Positions 7,450 to 18,200 of a stretch of DNA of 42,070 nucleotides are shown here, one piece after another (within the stretch, counting starts at the first letter, position 1; each line of letters opens with the position of its first letter). The stretch comes from a virus (taxonomy: Duplodnaviria > Caudoviricetes), in the IMG/VR virus record IMGVR_UViG_3300045580_000043, positions 1 to 42,070 of that record. One strand, given 5' to 3'. The notes under the pieces were generated by a model. The model was not told the origin of the DNA. It saw only the letters and a list, made by a program, of their open reading frames with translations, and made no database searches. The position numbers and the translations under genes were made by a program.

Positions 7450-9095
7450 CAGGAGACCCTCTGAAGAAGGACGGGGAGCCAATCACCGGAACCAGCGGCA
7501 CTGCTCGAACAGACTCCCCGGAACAACCAAGTGCCTACAAGAGGCGTGGTGCTTGTGTTGCTTGGTGCCGTTGCCGTTGAGTTGGCGAGGTACTGCAAGC
7601 TGTCCGTAGCGAGTCCGACATACGGATACAGCTGGACATTCCTGTTCCTGTAGGCAATCGATACGTTGCCCAGAGAAGTGGTGAACTGAAGCGCAGTTCC
7701 AGTGATGTGGGCGATGATCGTCGTTCCGATGGCAAAGTCGGTGAGATCCGCATCAGCAGAGGAACTGACCGTGGCCGTGATCTTGGAATCGACGTATCCC
7801 TTCGTGGCCGCATCGCGGGCATTCGTCGGGTTGCGGAGGTTGACCGCGGTGTATCCGTCATTTCCAGTGGTGCTCTGGAAGCTCACATCCGTGGTGGGAG
7901 TTCCCACAGGAATGCTGGAGACGTTGGCAAGCGTCAGGGCCCCCGAAGGGGCGATGTTCATGTAGCGGTTCTGAGCGCCAGATGCGGCAAAGACGCCCGG
8001 AGCCGTGGTGCCACGCTGCAACTTGTCGTATGTGATGGAGTCGCTTGCGATCTTGCTGCCAGTGACGGCACCAGTTCCGATCTTGGCCTCGCTGACCGCT
8101 AGCTGGCCGATCTTGTTGGTGGTCACTGCCTCGTTGCCGATCTTTGCCTCGACCACCTGAAGGTCTTGGATGTTGGCCGAAAGGATCGAGTTGGCCCCGA
8201 GCTTTCCAGAGATCACCGATCCCGCCTGAATAGCCGCCGAGTCCACCGAGTTGTCTGCCAGCTTCTCGGCAGTGACCGCATTGGCGGCCAGCTTGACCGT
8301 GGTGACGGAGCCGTCCTGAAGGTAGGCGGAGGTGATGGAGTTCACCGCAATGACATCGAGAGCCGCCCGTGCGACTCCGAAGTTCCGCACCCTGATGCCG
8401 ACACCGTTTCCGGGAGCGCCATTCAGGAACGTCAGCTTGGAGGCTGTGATCGAGTAGTCGGGATCCAGACCGCTCGGGCGCTGGAGAACACCTCCCACCT
8501 CCACGATGAACATGTTCGGATCGGTGGCGTTTGCCTCTGGATTGAACGTGAACTCGGTTGCAGAGCCGTTTCCGGTGAATTCCCAAGCCTGAGGAAGGGT
8601 GATCGGGGCTCCGTAAAGCGCCACGGCATCGAGCTGCGCCTTGGTGACGAAGTCTCCTTGGTCGAGCCCAGCGGCACCGTTGGTGATGCGCTTCTGCTGG
8701 GCGTCCCAGTTCAGGCCGTCAGCGGTCTTTCCAAGTGCACCGCTGCCCGTGTCGTTGGCCTCCTGCACGATGTGGAGCAAGCCCTTGAATCCCTTGTCGA
8801 GATCCGTGGCCGTCAGGACGGAACCATCGGTGAAGTCGATGATGTTCGAGGCGAATCCAGCACTGGTGCTCGGAGTCTCCCGTGCGATCTTCACCGTGGC
8901 TCCGTTGGCTGGAGCGGTGTTGAAGATGACGTTCTCGTTGCCTCCGCTGACGTTGATCGTGTAGTTGTTGGTTGCAACTAGGGCGTTGTCAACGTAGACC
9001 TTGATGTAGCCAGTGCTGAGGTAGTCATCGATCCCCGCAAACGAGAAGGTCGTGGTTGACCCGTTTCCGGTGAATGTGACGTAGCTGTTTGGCAT
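7449..9095 (-). CDS. gp17: Tail fibre (T7 gp17-like N-terminal adaptor)
   Basis: FTGNGSTTTFSF...RETP...DFTDGSVLTATDLD adaptor; ~10-aa (AVTTxKI) repeats; NARDAATKGYVD. Confidence 0.9.
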   Translation of the reverse strand: MPNSYVTFTGNGSTTTFSFAGIDDYLSTGYIKVYVDNALVATNNYTINVSGGNENVIFNTAPANGATVKIARETPSTSAGFASNIIDFTDGSVLTATDLDKGFKGLLHIVQEANDTGSGALGKTADGLNWDAQQKRITNGAAGLDQGDFVTKAQLDAVALYGAPITLPQAWEFTGNGSATEFTFNPEANATDPNMFIVEVGGVLQRPSGLDPDYSITASKLTFLNGAPGNGVGIRVRNFGVARAALDVIAVNSITSAYLQDGSVTTVKLAANAVTAEKLADNSVDSAAIQAGSVISGKLGANSILSANIQDLQVVEAKIGNEAVTTNKIGQLAVSEAKIGTGAVTGSKIASDSITYDKLQRGTTAPGVFAASGAQNRYMNIAPSGALTLANVSSIPVGTPTTDVSFQSTTGNDGYTAVNLRNPTNARDAATKGYVDSKITATVSSSADADLTDFAIGTTIIAHITGTALQFTTSLGNVSIAYRNRNVQLYPYVGLATDSLQYLANSTATAPSNTSTTPLVGTWLFRGVCSSSAAGSGDWLPVLLQRVS

Positions 9096-9114
9096 GGTTT
9101 AGAGCTCCTTAGAT

Positions 9115-12100
9115 TCACGGCTTCCTAGGCTGCTGCTTGGCAAGCTCGAATTGCTCCGCGATCTCCGATTCCGCGATGTCGAAGAACTGCTTGAGACCGG
9201 GCATGGTGGACGCTGGGATGAGCATTCGGGCCTTGTGCAGGGTGCCCTTGGTGATCTCCCGTTCGCGTTCCTCGACGCCGAGGGCCCGAGCCACAGTAGC
9301 GCCATAGATGTCCCGTCCGACCTCGTAGCTCTTTGAGATGAAGCTCTGGGCGGGGAACGAGTACCACTGAAGACCGCTGTACCTGTAGGGGGACATGAGG
9401 GGATCGTCGCTGATGAACGTGTTCCAAGTCGCATCCACAGCCATGATCGGAAGGAAGAACTCGCTGGGTCCAGTGAAAGACCCCTTGACGAAACCCTTGA
9501 CTCCCAAGAAGTCGTTCTTGATCCGCTCCGATTCGGTGTAGTTGCCGTTGGACAGCGCCGACTCGTAGTTCATGTACTGACGGGCATACTGGATCAGGCC
9601 GCCGAAGACCATGGTCGCGGCGATCTCCTTGGTCACGTTCATGGTGCCGCCACGACGAGCCCTAGACAGGTTCTGGAGCATGAAGTTGTCCACGCCCTTC
9701 AGGTTGAAGGTGCGGAACTGGGTCATGAGGCGTCCGAAGAAGCTGAAGGCCCACCGTCCGAAGTCTCCGCGTGTCGGGATGTCCTGAACACGGGTTCTCA
9801 CGAAGCGGTCGATGAAGACCCGCAGGTTGTCGAACTCTGGTCCATGCATGTTGCGGATGTCGATCACCCGTTCAGCGCCTCCACGCATATGGGTGACCGC
9901 ATTGGCTCCGAGCCACTGGATCATCTGCTCGTACTGGGCGGGCTCCAGACCAAGGGTGCGGATGGTCGGATCATCCAGACGGGTTGCGGTGTTCCTAGCC
10001 ACGTCGAACAGGTGCTGGATGCTTGCCGCTGCGGCCAGATGCTGCGTGAACGAGGTCACAGGCGACAGCAGGGTGAAATCCGAAAAGAAATTCGAGACGC
10101 TGTTCAATCCGTTGATGAATGGATTCGGAGCTTCTCCGCGGATCTGGTTCTCGATGTCGTAGAACAAGGCCCGCCGCAGACGGTCGGTTGACGGATGGAA
10201 TGACTGATCGACCATCATGGAGAAGTTGCGGGGACCTTCATCCATGCTCTGCCAGTTCTCCACCATCTCTCGGATGATCGGCATCTGCTTCAGCGTGGAC
10301 TTCATTCCCAGAGTGCCGACGATTCGGGAAGTCTCCGTGGTGGCCGCCAGAGCGAACGCTCCGCCAGTCGCCATGTACGACAGCGGCAGCATCACGCTGA
10401 GGACCTGATCTCCGAACCGGGACAGAGCACCGAGTTCGCTGTTGGACCTGTGCAGAGGCTCGTACCGAAGGGCGGAGACGATCTCCCGCATGGATCCGAG
10501 CGTTCCCGCATCCATCTGCCCACCCATGCCGTGGACCTGAGTTCCGATGCGGTTCGCCGTGTCGAAGTACTCGTCAAAGGTGTTGAATGCCGGAATCGGG
10601 TTTCCGTTTGGTCCGGTGATTCCGTAGTGCCCCAGCTGCGCATGAAGCTCATCCAGCATTCGCCGCTCATTGACCGCTCCCATGACCGAGGTCAGGTAAC
10701 GCTTCATGATCAGCGGAACATCATCGGCGATGAGGTCGGAGAAGCGCAGCTCGGTGCGGCCCAGACCAAGGAAGTCCTGAGCTCCCGCCAGAGTGGCCTG
10801 TTCGTTCAGGATGATCCTCGGGCGACCGTAGGGCGTCCTAGAGGCTCCTGCGGGCCTGAGGGCATCTAGGATGTCCTCAAGGGCGTCTGCCAGCTCCTGA
10901 TCGATGTCGAGCAGCGGGGCGTTGTCCGAACGGGTGGCCAGTGAGATCAGACGCTCGGCAAGGACACGGGCAGCCGCAGGGACATCCGCAAGCTGGACCA
11001 TGGTTCCGTCATCCAGCATCAGCTGGCGGGTTCCCGTGGGACCTCCGAGAGCCTGTTCCATCAGCTGGATAAGGGCGGTGCGTCCATCGGGAGTACGGGC
11101 CAGCTGCTCGATCCTGCCCCAGCGGTACATGCGGCTCAGGTAGTTGAGGTTCGCTCCCTGCTGGAATCCACGGACGTTCGCATTCGCCGCAAGGGTGTGG
11201 ACATCGTTCAGGATCTGCCGCATCGACCTTGCAGCCTCGTTGACCACAGGACTGGGGTCGTTGAAGGCTCCGCTGCGGATCTGTGCGGCAAGGGCCTCGT
11301 TGAAGGTCCTGCGCGTCTCCCTTCTTCCACGCCCGAAGCCAGCCCTGAGTCCGTCCATCAGTCCGATGCGGTCTGTGGGAGCCCTGTTCAGGGCGTAGCG
11401 TGTATATGCATTCCGATATGTCAGGATTGAGCGGGACAGAAGCCCGACCATCTCGTAGGTGCCGAGCTCGAAGATCGTCTGGCCCTGAGCGACCATGGTC
11501 CCGTCAGGGGTGTTCATCGCCCTTCTGGAGTTGTATCCAGTGAAGCCAAAGAGACGCACCAGAGGGTTGTTGTGTCGCAGGATATTGGCCGCCTGATTGA
11601 ACAGCTGCTGGACTCCTCCCAGCGTGTCAGGCCCGGTCAGGTGCGGGATCTCACGCTGCATCTGCGTGGCTCCAGCCACCGTTCCCTGAGGGTTCACGGG
11701 AGGAGGAGTTGTTCCAGCGGCTGCTCCAGCTGCACGGAGTCCCACACCGCCTCCACCGCTTCCGCCTACGGCAACCGCTCCGGGAAGCTGGAAGTTGGCG
11801 ACGGTCTGGCGCAGGTAGTTCGGCACATAGATCTGGTTCGTCACCAGAGGAGTGCGCCTGTTGATGATCGTTGCCAGCTGTGCGATTCGAGCCTTGCTGT
11901 CGAGCATCCGCGCACCACGGGAGTTCGTCCGCATCGGAGGATTCTGCATCAGCTGACGCAGATCCTCGATGACGTTCTCGAACTCCTCGCGGGTCAGGTT
12001 TCCACCACGGCGGCGGATCTCCTGCATAGTCTGGAGGATCAGCGAGGTGTCTCCTCCTCCGCTGGCCCTGCGCAGGGCTTCGGCTGCATCGTCTCCCTGC

Positions 12101-14259
12101 TCGAAGATGTCCCAAAGTCCGTTGATGAACTCCTCGCGCTGCACCAGTTCATCGAAGTCGGCGGAAAGATTCTGGACGCGGAACTGGTTGCCCAGTCGGC
12201 GGGTCTCATCGATGCGGGCCATGACGGCAGGATCAATGAGGTTTCGCACCTGAGTCCACACATGGCTTTGCAGGGCTTCTCCCCGCAGGTTCAGACGCCG
12301 AGCCTCGAACAGCACACGGGCCACTTGCTGGGTCAAGGCCGCATCGACCATTCCTCCACGGCGCTCGATCTCAGCCACGATTCCGAGGATGTTCGACTGG
12401 ATGCCCTCGACCGCATAGCGGAAACGCTCGTTCGCCGTGCGGAAGATCGGAGTGCGTGGAGGGGTGAAGACCTCGTCTCCGTTGTCCAGCACTCGACGGT
12501 TCCATCCACGGGTCTCCATCATGCTGCGTACTGCCTGAGCTTCCGCTGCATCGGCATTGCTCCGCAGCATGACCGAGCGGACGGATCTGTTCAGGTTGGA
12601 CCACGATCCGCCGTACTGGAAGTTGAACAGTCCGCGGGCTTCATCTGCCTGAGCCGAAGGACCAGTCAGCGCCCGTCCGTACATCCTCGTGGCGTCGAAC
12701 TCGATTTCGATTGCATCGTCCAGCCCCTGACCGCCTACTCCTTCTGCGATGGGGTCGGGAGTGATGCGGCGGGTCAGCATCGGCACTTGATTGCCATTCG
12801 CATCAGCCACCTGAAGGAATGCCTGAGGAGACCTTCGGGTGTTCGACATGACGATGCCAGCGGGGCGGAAGCCTCGGACATCGTCGGGAACCCCAGAGGT
12901 GTTCCTGAGGGCCTGTACCTCGCGGGCGAACTCGTCGGGAACAGGAGTCCGCTCGGTGCGGTTCAGGATGGTCCGCAGGAACGCAGATCCTCCCTGAGTG
13001 AACGAGGACTCGCCGTGGTTCGCAGGACGGAACATTCCCCTCAGGGTTTGCACACCGATGTCTGCGGCGGCCTGAGGAGCTGCCGTGGCTCCTCCGGGCG
13101 TCTGGGAGCCCTGAAGCATGGGAAGACCCATGGTCTGGGTGTTCGGCACGAACTCGGTCCTGTTGACGGAGTAGACGGTCCACGCCTCGTTAGCGATCTC
13201 CGTGACTGTCTCCCCTACTGGAGCGACATCGTCTCCGATGAGCCGTGCATCAGCCGCAGAGGTGCTGGCGAACGGAAACGCAGATCTCATGGAGATCGTG
13301 CTTTCTCCCATCCTAGCCCGCTGCACATACCTGTTCGCCGTGGTCTCGATGAGTCCGGTTGCGTATCCACGCCCAGCCCATCCTCCCAGTGCGAACCCGA
13401 TTGTTCCCGAGAAGACCGCATCGCCAGCGATGGTCTGGAAATCGGGATCGTATGTCGGATCAAGCCCGTACTTGGCGATCTTGATCGCCGTCTCCTCAGC
13501 GACTCCGAGAGCCGCATACCGCCCCATGTTTCCGAAGGTGCTGATGGTTGCCGCTGCTTCCGCAGCTTCGGTAGCGATGTTGACCTGACGCCCCCAGAAA
13601 GGCACTGCCGCACGGGTTCCGATCTGGGTTCCCTGAGCGATGAACTGAGCCCTAGTTCCCGTTGCGGCGAAAGCAAGGGGTTCCAGTGCAAGCGATGTGG
13701 TGATCAGGGCGAGAGCGTCCGTGGCAAAGCCAATCGTGGCTCCGGTCATGTTTCCCATCGCCGCGAACTCGGGCGAGTAGATCTTGGTGCGGAACAGCCG
13801 CTCCTGATATTCACCGTAGCTGTCGGCTCCGAGGATGTACGACCACTGCGATGGAGGGATGGTGGAGAGATCCTCCGCGATGCCCTCGATGTTGTTCTTG
13901 TTGAAGTGCTGCCATGGACCGACCGCTTCGGCGATTCCTCCTCCGACAGTCGAGGGATACGGCTGCTTGTCCCCGAAGTTGAGTGGAGTGGCGAATGCCT
14001 TGTCCCCGTCACGGGCCTCCAGAAAGCTGGAGAGCTCCATGCCGAGGCTCATGCCCGCCTTGCCGATGAACGAGGCACCGAAGCCCGTCATGGTCGGGCC
14101 TAGCCAGCCAGCGAAAGCCTTGGTCTCGGCGTCGAAGTTCCTGAACGGATCCTTGCCAAGCTCAAGCTCAAGGATCTCCGTCTGCGTCATCCTGTCGATT
14201 GCGTCCTCGCGGGCAATCAGATCAGGATCGAAGAATGCGCGTGGTTGGATCGTTGTCAT
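9115..14259 (-). CDS. Large internal virion (ejection) protein, gp16-like
   Basis: ~1714 aa in the gp16 position; C-terminal GRLMTQFRTF motif; ATGA overlap with the upstream gene supports start 14259. Confidence 0.8.
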   Translation of the reverse strand: MTTIQPRAFFDPDLIAREDAIDRMTQTEILELELGKDPFRNFDAETKAFAGWLGPTMTGFGASFIGKAGMSLGMELSSFLEARDGDKAFATPLNFGDKQPYPSTVGGGIAEAVGPWQHFNKNNIEGIAEDLSTIPPSQWSYILGADSYGEYQERLFRTKIYSPEFAAMGNMTGATIGFATDALALITTSLALEPLAFAATGTRAQFIAQGTQIGTRAAVPFWGRQVNIATEAAEAAATISTFGNMGRYAALGVAEETAIKIAKYGLDPTYDPDFQTIAGDAVFSGTIGFALGGWAGRGYATGLIETTANRYVQRARMGESTISMRSAFPFASTSAADARLIGDDVAPVGETVTEIANEAWTVYSVNRTEFVPNTQTMGLPMLQGSQTPGGATAAPQAAADIGVQTLRGMFRPANHGESSFTQGGSAFLRTILNRTERTPVPDEFAREVQALRNTSGVPDDVRGFRPAGIVMSNTRRSPQAFLQVADANGNQVPMLTRRITPDPIAEGVGGQGLDDAIEIEFDATRMYGRALTGPSAQADEARGLFNFQYGGSWSNLNRSVRSVMLRSNADAAEAQAVRSMMETRGWNRRVLDNGDEVFTPPRTPIFRTANERFRYAVEGIQSNILGIVAEIERRGGMVDAALTQQVARVLFEARRLNLRGEALQSHVWTQVRNLIDPAVMARIDETRRLGNQFRVQNLSADFDELVQREEFINGLWDIFEQGDDAAEALRRASGGGDTSLILQTMQEIRRRGGNLTREEFENVIEDLRQLMQNPPMRTNSRGARMLDSKARIAQLATIINRRTPLVTNQIYVPNYLRQTVANFQLPGAVAVGGSGGGGVGLRAAGAAAGTTPPPVNPQGTVAGATQMQREIPHLTGPDTLGGVQQLFNQAANILRHNNPLVRLFGFTGYNSRRAMNTPDGTMVAQGQTIFELGTYEMVGLLSRSILTYRNAYTRYALNRAPTDRIGLMDGLRAGFGRGRRETRRTFNEALAAQIRSGAFNDPSPVVNEAARSMRQILNDVHTLAANANVRGFQQGANLNYLSRMYRWGRIEQLARTPDGRTALIQLMEQALGGPTGTRQLMLDDGTMVQLADVPAAARVLAERLISLATRSDNAPLLDIDQELADALEDILDALRPAGASRTPYGRPRIILNEQATLAGAQDFLGLGRTELRFSDLIADDVPLIMKRYLTSVMGAVNERRMLDELHAQLGHYGITGPNGNPIPAFNTFDEYFDTANRIGTQVHGMGGQMDAGTLGSMREIVSALRYEPLHRSNSELGALSRFGDQVLSVMLPLSYMATGGAFALAATTETSRIVGTLGMKSTLKQMPIIREMVENWQSMDEGPRNFSMMVDQSFHPSTDRLRRALFYDIENQIRGEAPNPFINGLNSVSNFFSDFTLLSPVTSFTQHLAAAASIQHLFDVARNTATRLDDPTIRTLGLEPAQYEQMIQWLGANAVTHMRGGAERVIDIRNMHGPEFDNLRVFIDRFVRTRVQDIPTRGDFGRWAFSFFGRLMTQFRTFNLKGVDNFMLQNLSRARRGGTMNVTKEIAATMVFGGLIQYARQYMNYESALSNGNYTESERIKNDFLGVKGFVKGSFTGPSEFFLPIMAVDATWNTFISDDPLMSPYRYSGLQWYSFPAQSFISKSYEVGRDIYGATVARALGVEEREREITKGTLHKARMLIPASTMPGLKQFFDIAESEIAEQFELAKQQPRKP

Positions 14260-17072
14260 CGAGTTCCTCCGCGGGGAGAGTTTCGAGCTCTCCATTCAGC
14301 CGCCTCTCGCATACCTGCACGGGCAGCTTCAATGGCGTCATCTCTCTCCTTTTCCTTCTTTAGTCTCTCTTCGCGAAGACGCTGGCGTTCCTTGGCTGCC
14401 TCCAATTTGGAACTTCTCTTTGACCTCTCCAATTCAGCCCTTTCCACCTCACGCCGGATCTGCATACGCCTGATGATGTCCTGACGCTCCTCAGGCTTCG
14501 TCATGCCTCCAAGCGTGTAGTATTTCTGGTTGATCGAATTGCCTTGGGGAGTACGCAATGCGAAGACTGGCTCACCTCTCTGATCCCGCCCGACGATGAC
14601 AAAGGTGGCGTTGACTCCCGGAGATTCCCTGTCAATGAACTCTGCAATGTAGAAGGTATCGACGTTGTACTTCTTCATGTCCTTCTGGGGGAGAACGCCA
14701 CCGTTGTAGAAAGTCAGGTCATTCAGGGAATCGTTGGCGATCTCGATGGCTCTTCCGTGATCCTTGGTGTCGTTCAAAGCCGTCATGTAGGCTTCAGCGT
14801 AGTAGCTGTGAATGACCCCTTCTGAATCAGGGTTCAATTCAGGAACGGTCCATCCGAATAGATCGAAGTTCTCGAAGAACGAGCCTAGGGCGGACTGGTT
14901 TTCCAGCCACTCCTCAATATTCGCTGACATGGCGATCCGCAGCTCTTCAGCCTGTGTCCCGTTGGAAGCGATGTCCGTCAAGGCAAGTGCGGGGAGGTTC
15001 AGGCTTGCCGCCTGTGCCGCATCCCTTACCGCCTCGCCAATTGGCATCCCTCCGATCATCTTCCCGCGAACCGACTGTAGGAAGGTCTCCATTCGCTGCT
15101 TGCCGACACCGCTTCCAAGAAGGGCCTCTGTCGGGAACTGGCCTCCAGTGGAGTAGTTGTAGGCGTAGATCAAGTCCGCGAGACGGGCATCTACTCCACG
15201 CTCCACATCGTAGGTGATTGCGTTGAGGGCCACCCTGCGGTAATCCGCCAGCAGTTCCGGACTGTCGAAGTGAATGCCAGCGTTGATGCGGTTGAGGTTG
15301 TACTCGCCACGGAACTTCGCCTTCACGGCAGCGACTTCATCGGAGTCGTTCGCCTCGGGATACAGGCTGGTGATCGTCGGGGCATTTCGTTCTCCCCTGT
15401 TTCGGGCAGCCTCAGCCAGCTCCTTGTTCACTTCCGCGATGAATGTAGGAACCATTCCCTGAACCGCCGCATCTACCCTAGCCATCATCTTGCGGACAAC
15501 GGCCTTGCCCTTCTCGCTGTCGAGAGGGATGTTGAGGCGCACCAGTTCGGCGTTGAAGTTCTGGCGAAGGGCCGCGAAATCCTTGACCGGATTGGGATCC
15601 CTTGCGAGACCTTCGGAAAACCTGCGGGAAAGAGTGTTCATGGATGCGGCGTCTATGAACGAAGCGCCTTCCTTGCGGGCCTTGTTCCAAGACTCGACGT
15701 ACTGACTGAGAAGCTTGTTCTCCTCCTCGACGCCAAGGGTGTCCATGCCCTTCATCAGGGTGCGGAAGCTCTCGAAGTCGGGCCCCATCACCGCGTCTTC
15801 TCCACGGGTCGCCACCGTGTTGTAGACCTCATCGAACTGCGTCTTGATGAACGTCTCGATCACGGCGGTCTGCTGGGACTTGCGGATCTCGAACCTGTTC
15901 TTGGAGATCTCTGCGCGGGCATCCGCAAGCATCAGGCGGACATCCTCGGTCTCGGCCAGAGGGCCAGTGCCCGCCTGAAGACCGTTCAGGATCTCCTCGG
16001 CCTCGTAGGTCATCCCGCTGCCCTTCATCAGCTCGATGAGATGCGAGGCAACGGCGATGTTGGCCACGCGGGGGAGACCCATGTTCTTCCCCATCTCATC
16101 GAGATACGCCTGAAGATTCGGGATTTGCTCGTCATCCATCGTGCTGAAGAACGGACTTTTACCCTGCTTCACCCTTTCTTCTGCATGGGAGAAAATCAAC
16201 TCTCTGTCCTTAGCCGGAAGGGAGTTGAGAAGTTCGTTTGCAGTCTTATCAGGATCGGCAAAGACAATTGCTTCCCGAGCTTCAATGCTCAATCCGGGGA
16301 CAAGCATGGGAATATCCATTTCTCGTCCTTCGATTTCTGTGCCTATGGACATCTCGGTTATCCCGCTTCCGTCTAGACCGAAAAGAGTCCCGTAGTATCC
16401 GACATCCTTGTACGACCCATCGGGCCTTCTTCCGAATCTCTGACTCTTCCCGACCGCGGAAATCACTTCATCCACCTTCAGCTTGAGGGAATCAATGATC
16501 CTCGACTGACGGTACTTTCCGACAGACTCCGAGTGCTTGGCGCTGGCCGAGAGCAGGAAGGGATTGAACTCCTTGTAGAAGGATCGGCTCAGGTACTGGG
16601 CGGTGCCGAACTCAGATGACTTCTGCTGCGCGAAGGATGCGGCGAGGGCGTCGAAGTACTCATGGTCCTTCAGCAGCTCGGGGTTGTTGGTCACGTCCTG
16701 CTGGTACTTGCGCTCGAACTCGGCTCGGGCCCTCGCAGCCTCGATGACTCCAGAAGCCTCCTGAGCTCCGACCGCAAGCCAAGGATTCTCGGAAGGCTTG
16801 ATCCGCCCGCTCCGAACCAGATCGGCGTAGGTCTTCCTGCTGGAGTTGACCATGTCCTGACCAGCATTGAACTCCTCTTGGTTCTGCTCGGTCTTGATCG
16901 TGCTGGCCACCTTGACCATCGACTCGCTGAGGTCTGCGAAGGCATTGGCGAAGGCATAGGTCTCCCTGATGGCCTGTTCGTCAAGCGGCGTGACGGTCTT
17001 CTCCGCAGCGATGGGCTGGACGAAGTTGGACACAGGCTGCGCGTATGTCCCGAGTTGTGGACGCTTCGCCAT
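14256..17072 (-). CDS. Internal virion protein, gp15-like
   Basis: 938-aa helical protein in the gp15 position; ENPW motif near the N-terminus. Confidence 0.75.
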   Translation of the reverse strand: MAKRPQLGTYAQPVSNFVQPIAAEKTVTPLDEQAIRETYAFANAFADLSESMVKVASTIKTEQNQEEFNAGQDMVNSSRKTYADLVRSGRIKPSENPWLAVGAQEASGVIEAARARAEFERKYQQDVTNNPELLKDHEYFDALAASFAQQKSSEFGTAQYLSRSFYKEFNPFLLSASAKHSESVGKYRQSRIIDSLKLKVDEVISAVGKSQRFGRRPDGSYKDVGYYGTLFGLDGSGITEMSIGTEIEGREMDIPMLVPGLSIEAREAIVFADPDKTANELLNSLPAKDRELIFSHAEERVKQGKSPFFSTMDDEQIPNLQAYLDEMGKNMGLPRVANIAVASHLIELMKGSGMTYEAEEILNGLQAGTGPLAETEDVRLMLADARAEISKNRFEIRKSQQTAVIETFIKTQFDEVYNTVATRGEDAVMGPDFESFRTLMKGMDTLGVEEENKLLSQYVESWNKARKEGASFIDAASMNTLSRRFSEGLARDPNPVKDFAALRQNFNAELVRLNIPLDSEKGKAVVRKMMARVDAAVQGMVPTFIAEVNKELAEAARNRGERNAPTITSLYPEANDSDEVAAVKAKFRGEYNLNRINAGIHFDSPELLADYRRVALNAITYDVERGVDARLADLIYAYNYSTGGQFPTEALLGSGVGKQRMETFLQSVRGKMIGGMPIGEAVRDAAQAASLNLPALALTDIASNGTQAEELRIAMSANIEEWLENQSALGSFFENFDLFGWTVPELNPDSEGVIHSYYAEAYMTALNDTKDHGRAIEIANDSLNDLTFYNGGVLPQKDMKKYNVDTFYIAEFIDRESPGVNATFVIVGRDQRGEPVFALRTPQGNSINQKYYTLGGMTKPEERQDIIRRMQIRREVERAELERSKRSSKLEAAKERQRLREERLKKEKERDDAIEAARAGMREAAEWRARNSPRGGTR

Positions 17073-17746
17073 TATGGATTACCTCCTGCAAGATTCCCAA
17101 GGTTGGAGTTCCAACCCTGAAGCATCCCAGCCGTTCCTGTTCCAGAACTCGCTCCGGAAACCTGACCCGGATTCGGGTTCGTGAATGCGGAGTACGAAGC
17201 AAGACCTGCGTTGAGTCCGGTCGTTGCCGCGTTGACCGCGATGAGTCCGTAGTTGACCTGAGCGGGAGGCGGCAGCGGAGACGGGTAGCCGGAGTTGATG
17301 ATGCTCTGGCCCCGGCTATAGATGGCCTGTGCCTCCCGGTTGATCTGCGCCGTGTAGTTCGTGATGTTCCGTGCGGCAGCGGACTCGAAGTCCATAACGT
17401 CACGCTCGAACTGCTGGTGTGCCAGCTCAACGGTGCGTCCCTCGATACCCATCTCCGCCTGTGCGGCACGGAAGGATGCTGAGGATTGCCGAGCGTCGCG
17501 GGTGATGTTCTGGAGCTCCTGCTTCTGCTGGTCGATGACCTGTAGCCGCTGGGCTACAAGCGCGTCCACCTGAAGGCCGATGTCCCGCTGGACCGACTCC
17601 ACCGTCTGCTCGAACTGCTTGTCCTGAGCCTCGCCCATTGCCCTTCTGTACCTGTTCTGCTGTTTCGCGGCACTGGACTGGGCTCCAGCCTGTGCAGCCA
17701 TTGACGCAGCAAATGTGCTGAGGCCGATTGCGACTGGGTTACACAT
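17072..17746 (-). CDS. Internal virion protein, gp14-like
   Basis: MCNPVAIG start, Ala/Gln-rich, GIEGRTV; synteny. Confidence 0.8.
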   Translation of the reverse strand: MCNPVAIGLSTFAASMAAQAGAQSSAAKQQNRYRRAMGEAQDKQFEQTVESVQRDIGLQVDALVAQRLQVIDQQKQELQNITRDARQSSASFRAAQAEMGIEGRTVELAHQQFERDVMDFESAAARNITNYTAQINREAQAIYSRGQSIINSGYPSPLPPPAQVNYGLIAVNAATTGLNAGLASYSAFTNPNPGQVSGASSGTGTAGMLQGWNSNLGNLAGGNP

Positions 17747-18200
17747 GGGGGATCCTCACGAACTGGTAGAAGAGCCGATGCTCCGCTCCGTGGTTTGGCA
17801 GTTCCTGTATGAAGGTGAAGCCCAGCCACTGAAGCCACTTGATGTGGGCCGTGTTGCGGGCGTCGATGGAGTTGCACAGTACGGGATACTTGGACTGGAA
17901 GTGATCGACCCAGTCCTTCGACTTCCTTAGAAAATCGATCCTGTGTCGGGCGATGACATCGCTTCCAAGAAGCCAGATCACGCCGACCGATGGATTGTCC
18001 GTTGGACAGACGCCGAAGATGGCGATGGGTTCTCCATCCACCAACGCGGTGTACGCCTGTTCCGATGACTCGATCCCATCCAGAAGGACGAGATACGGAT
18101 GCTTTCCCGATGCCGCCTTGATCTCGTCCTTGTCCGCTTCGCGCAGACGGGGAGCCAGAGACTCCGCATCGTCCTGAACAGTCGGCCTGACCTCGATCAT
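17739..18200 (-). CDS. gp13-like protein (DUF2833/GNAT-like)
   Basis: LREADKDEI...GVIWLLGS...LCNSIDARNTAHIKWLQWLGF; start MIEV is internal to the listed ORF. Confidence 0.85.
   Translation of the reverse strand: MIEVRPTVQDDAESLAPRLREADKDEIKAASGKHPYLVLLDGIESSEQAYTALVDGEPIAIFGVCPTDNPSVGVIWLLGSDVIARHRIDFLRKSKDWVDHFQSKYPVLCNSIDARNTAHIKWLQWLGFTFIQELPNHGAEHRLFYQFVRIPHV

Noticed and set aside
11572-14103. 843-aa plus-strand ORF and other long plus-strand ORFs
   Set aside because: Antisense shadows of high-GC3 minus-strand genes; no motifs or RBS
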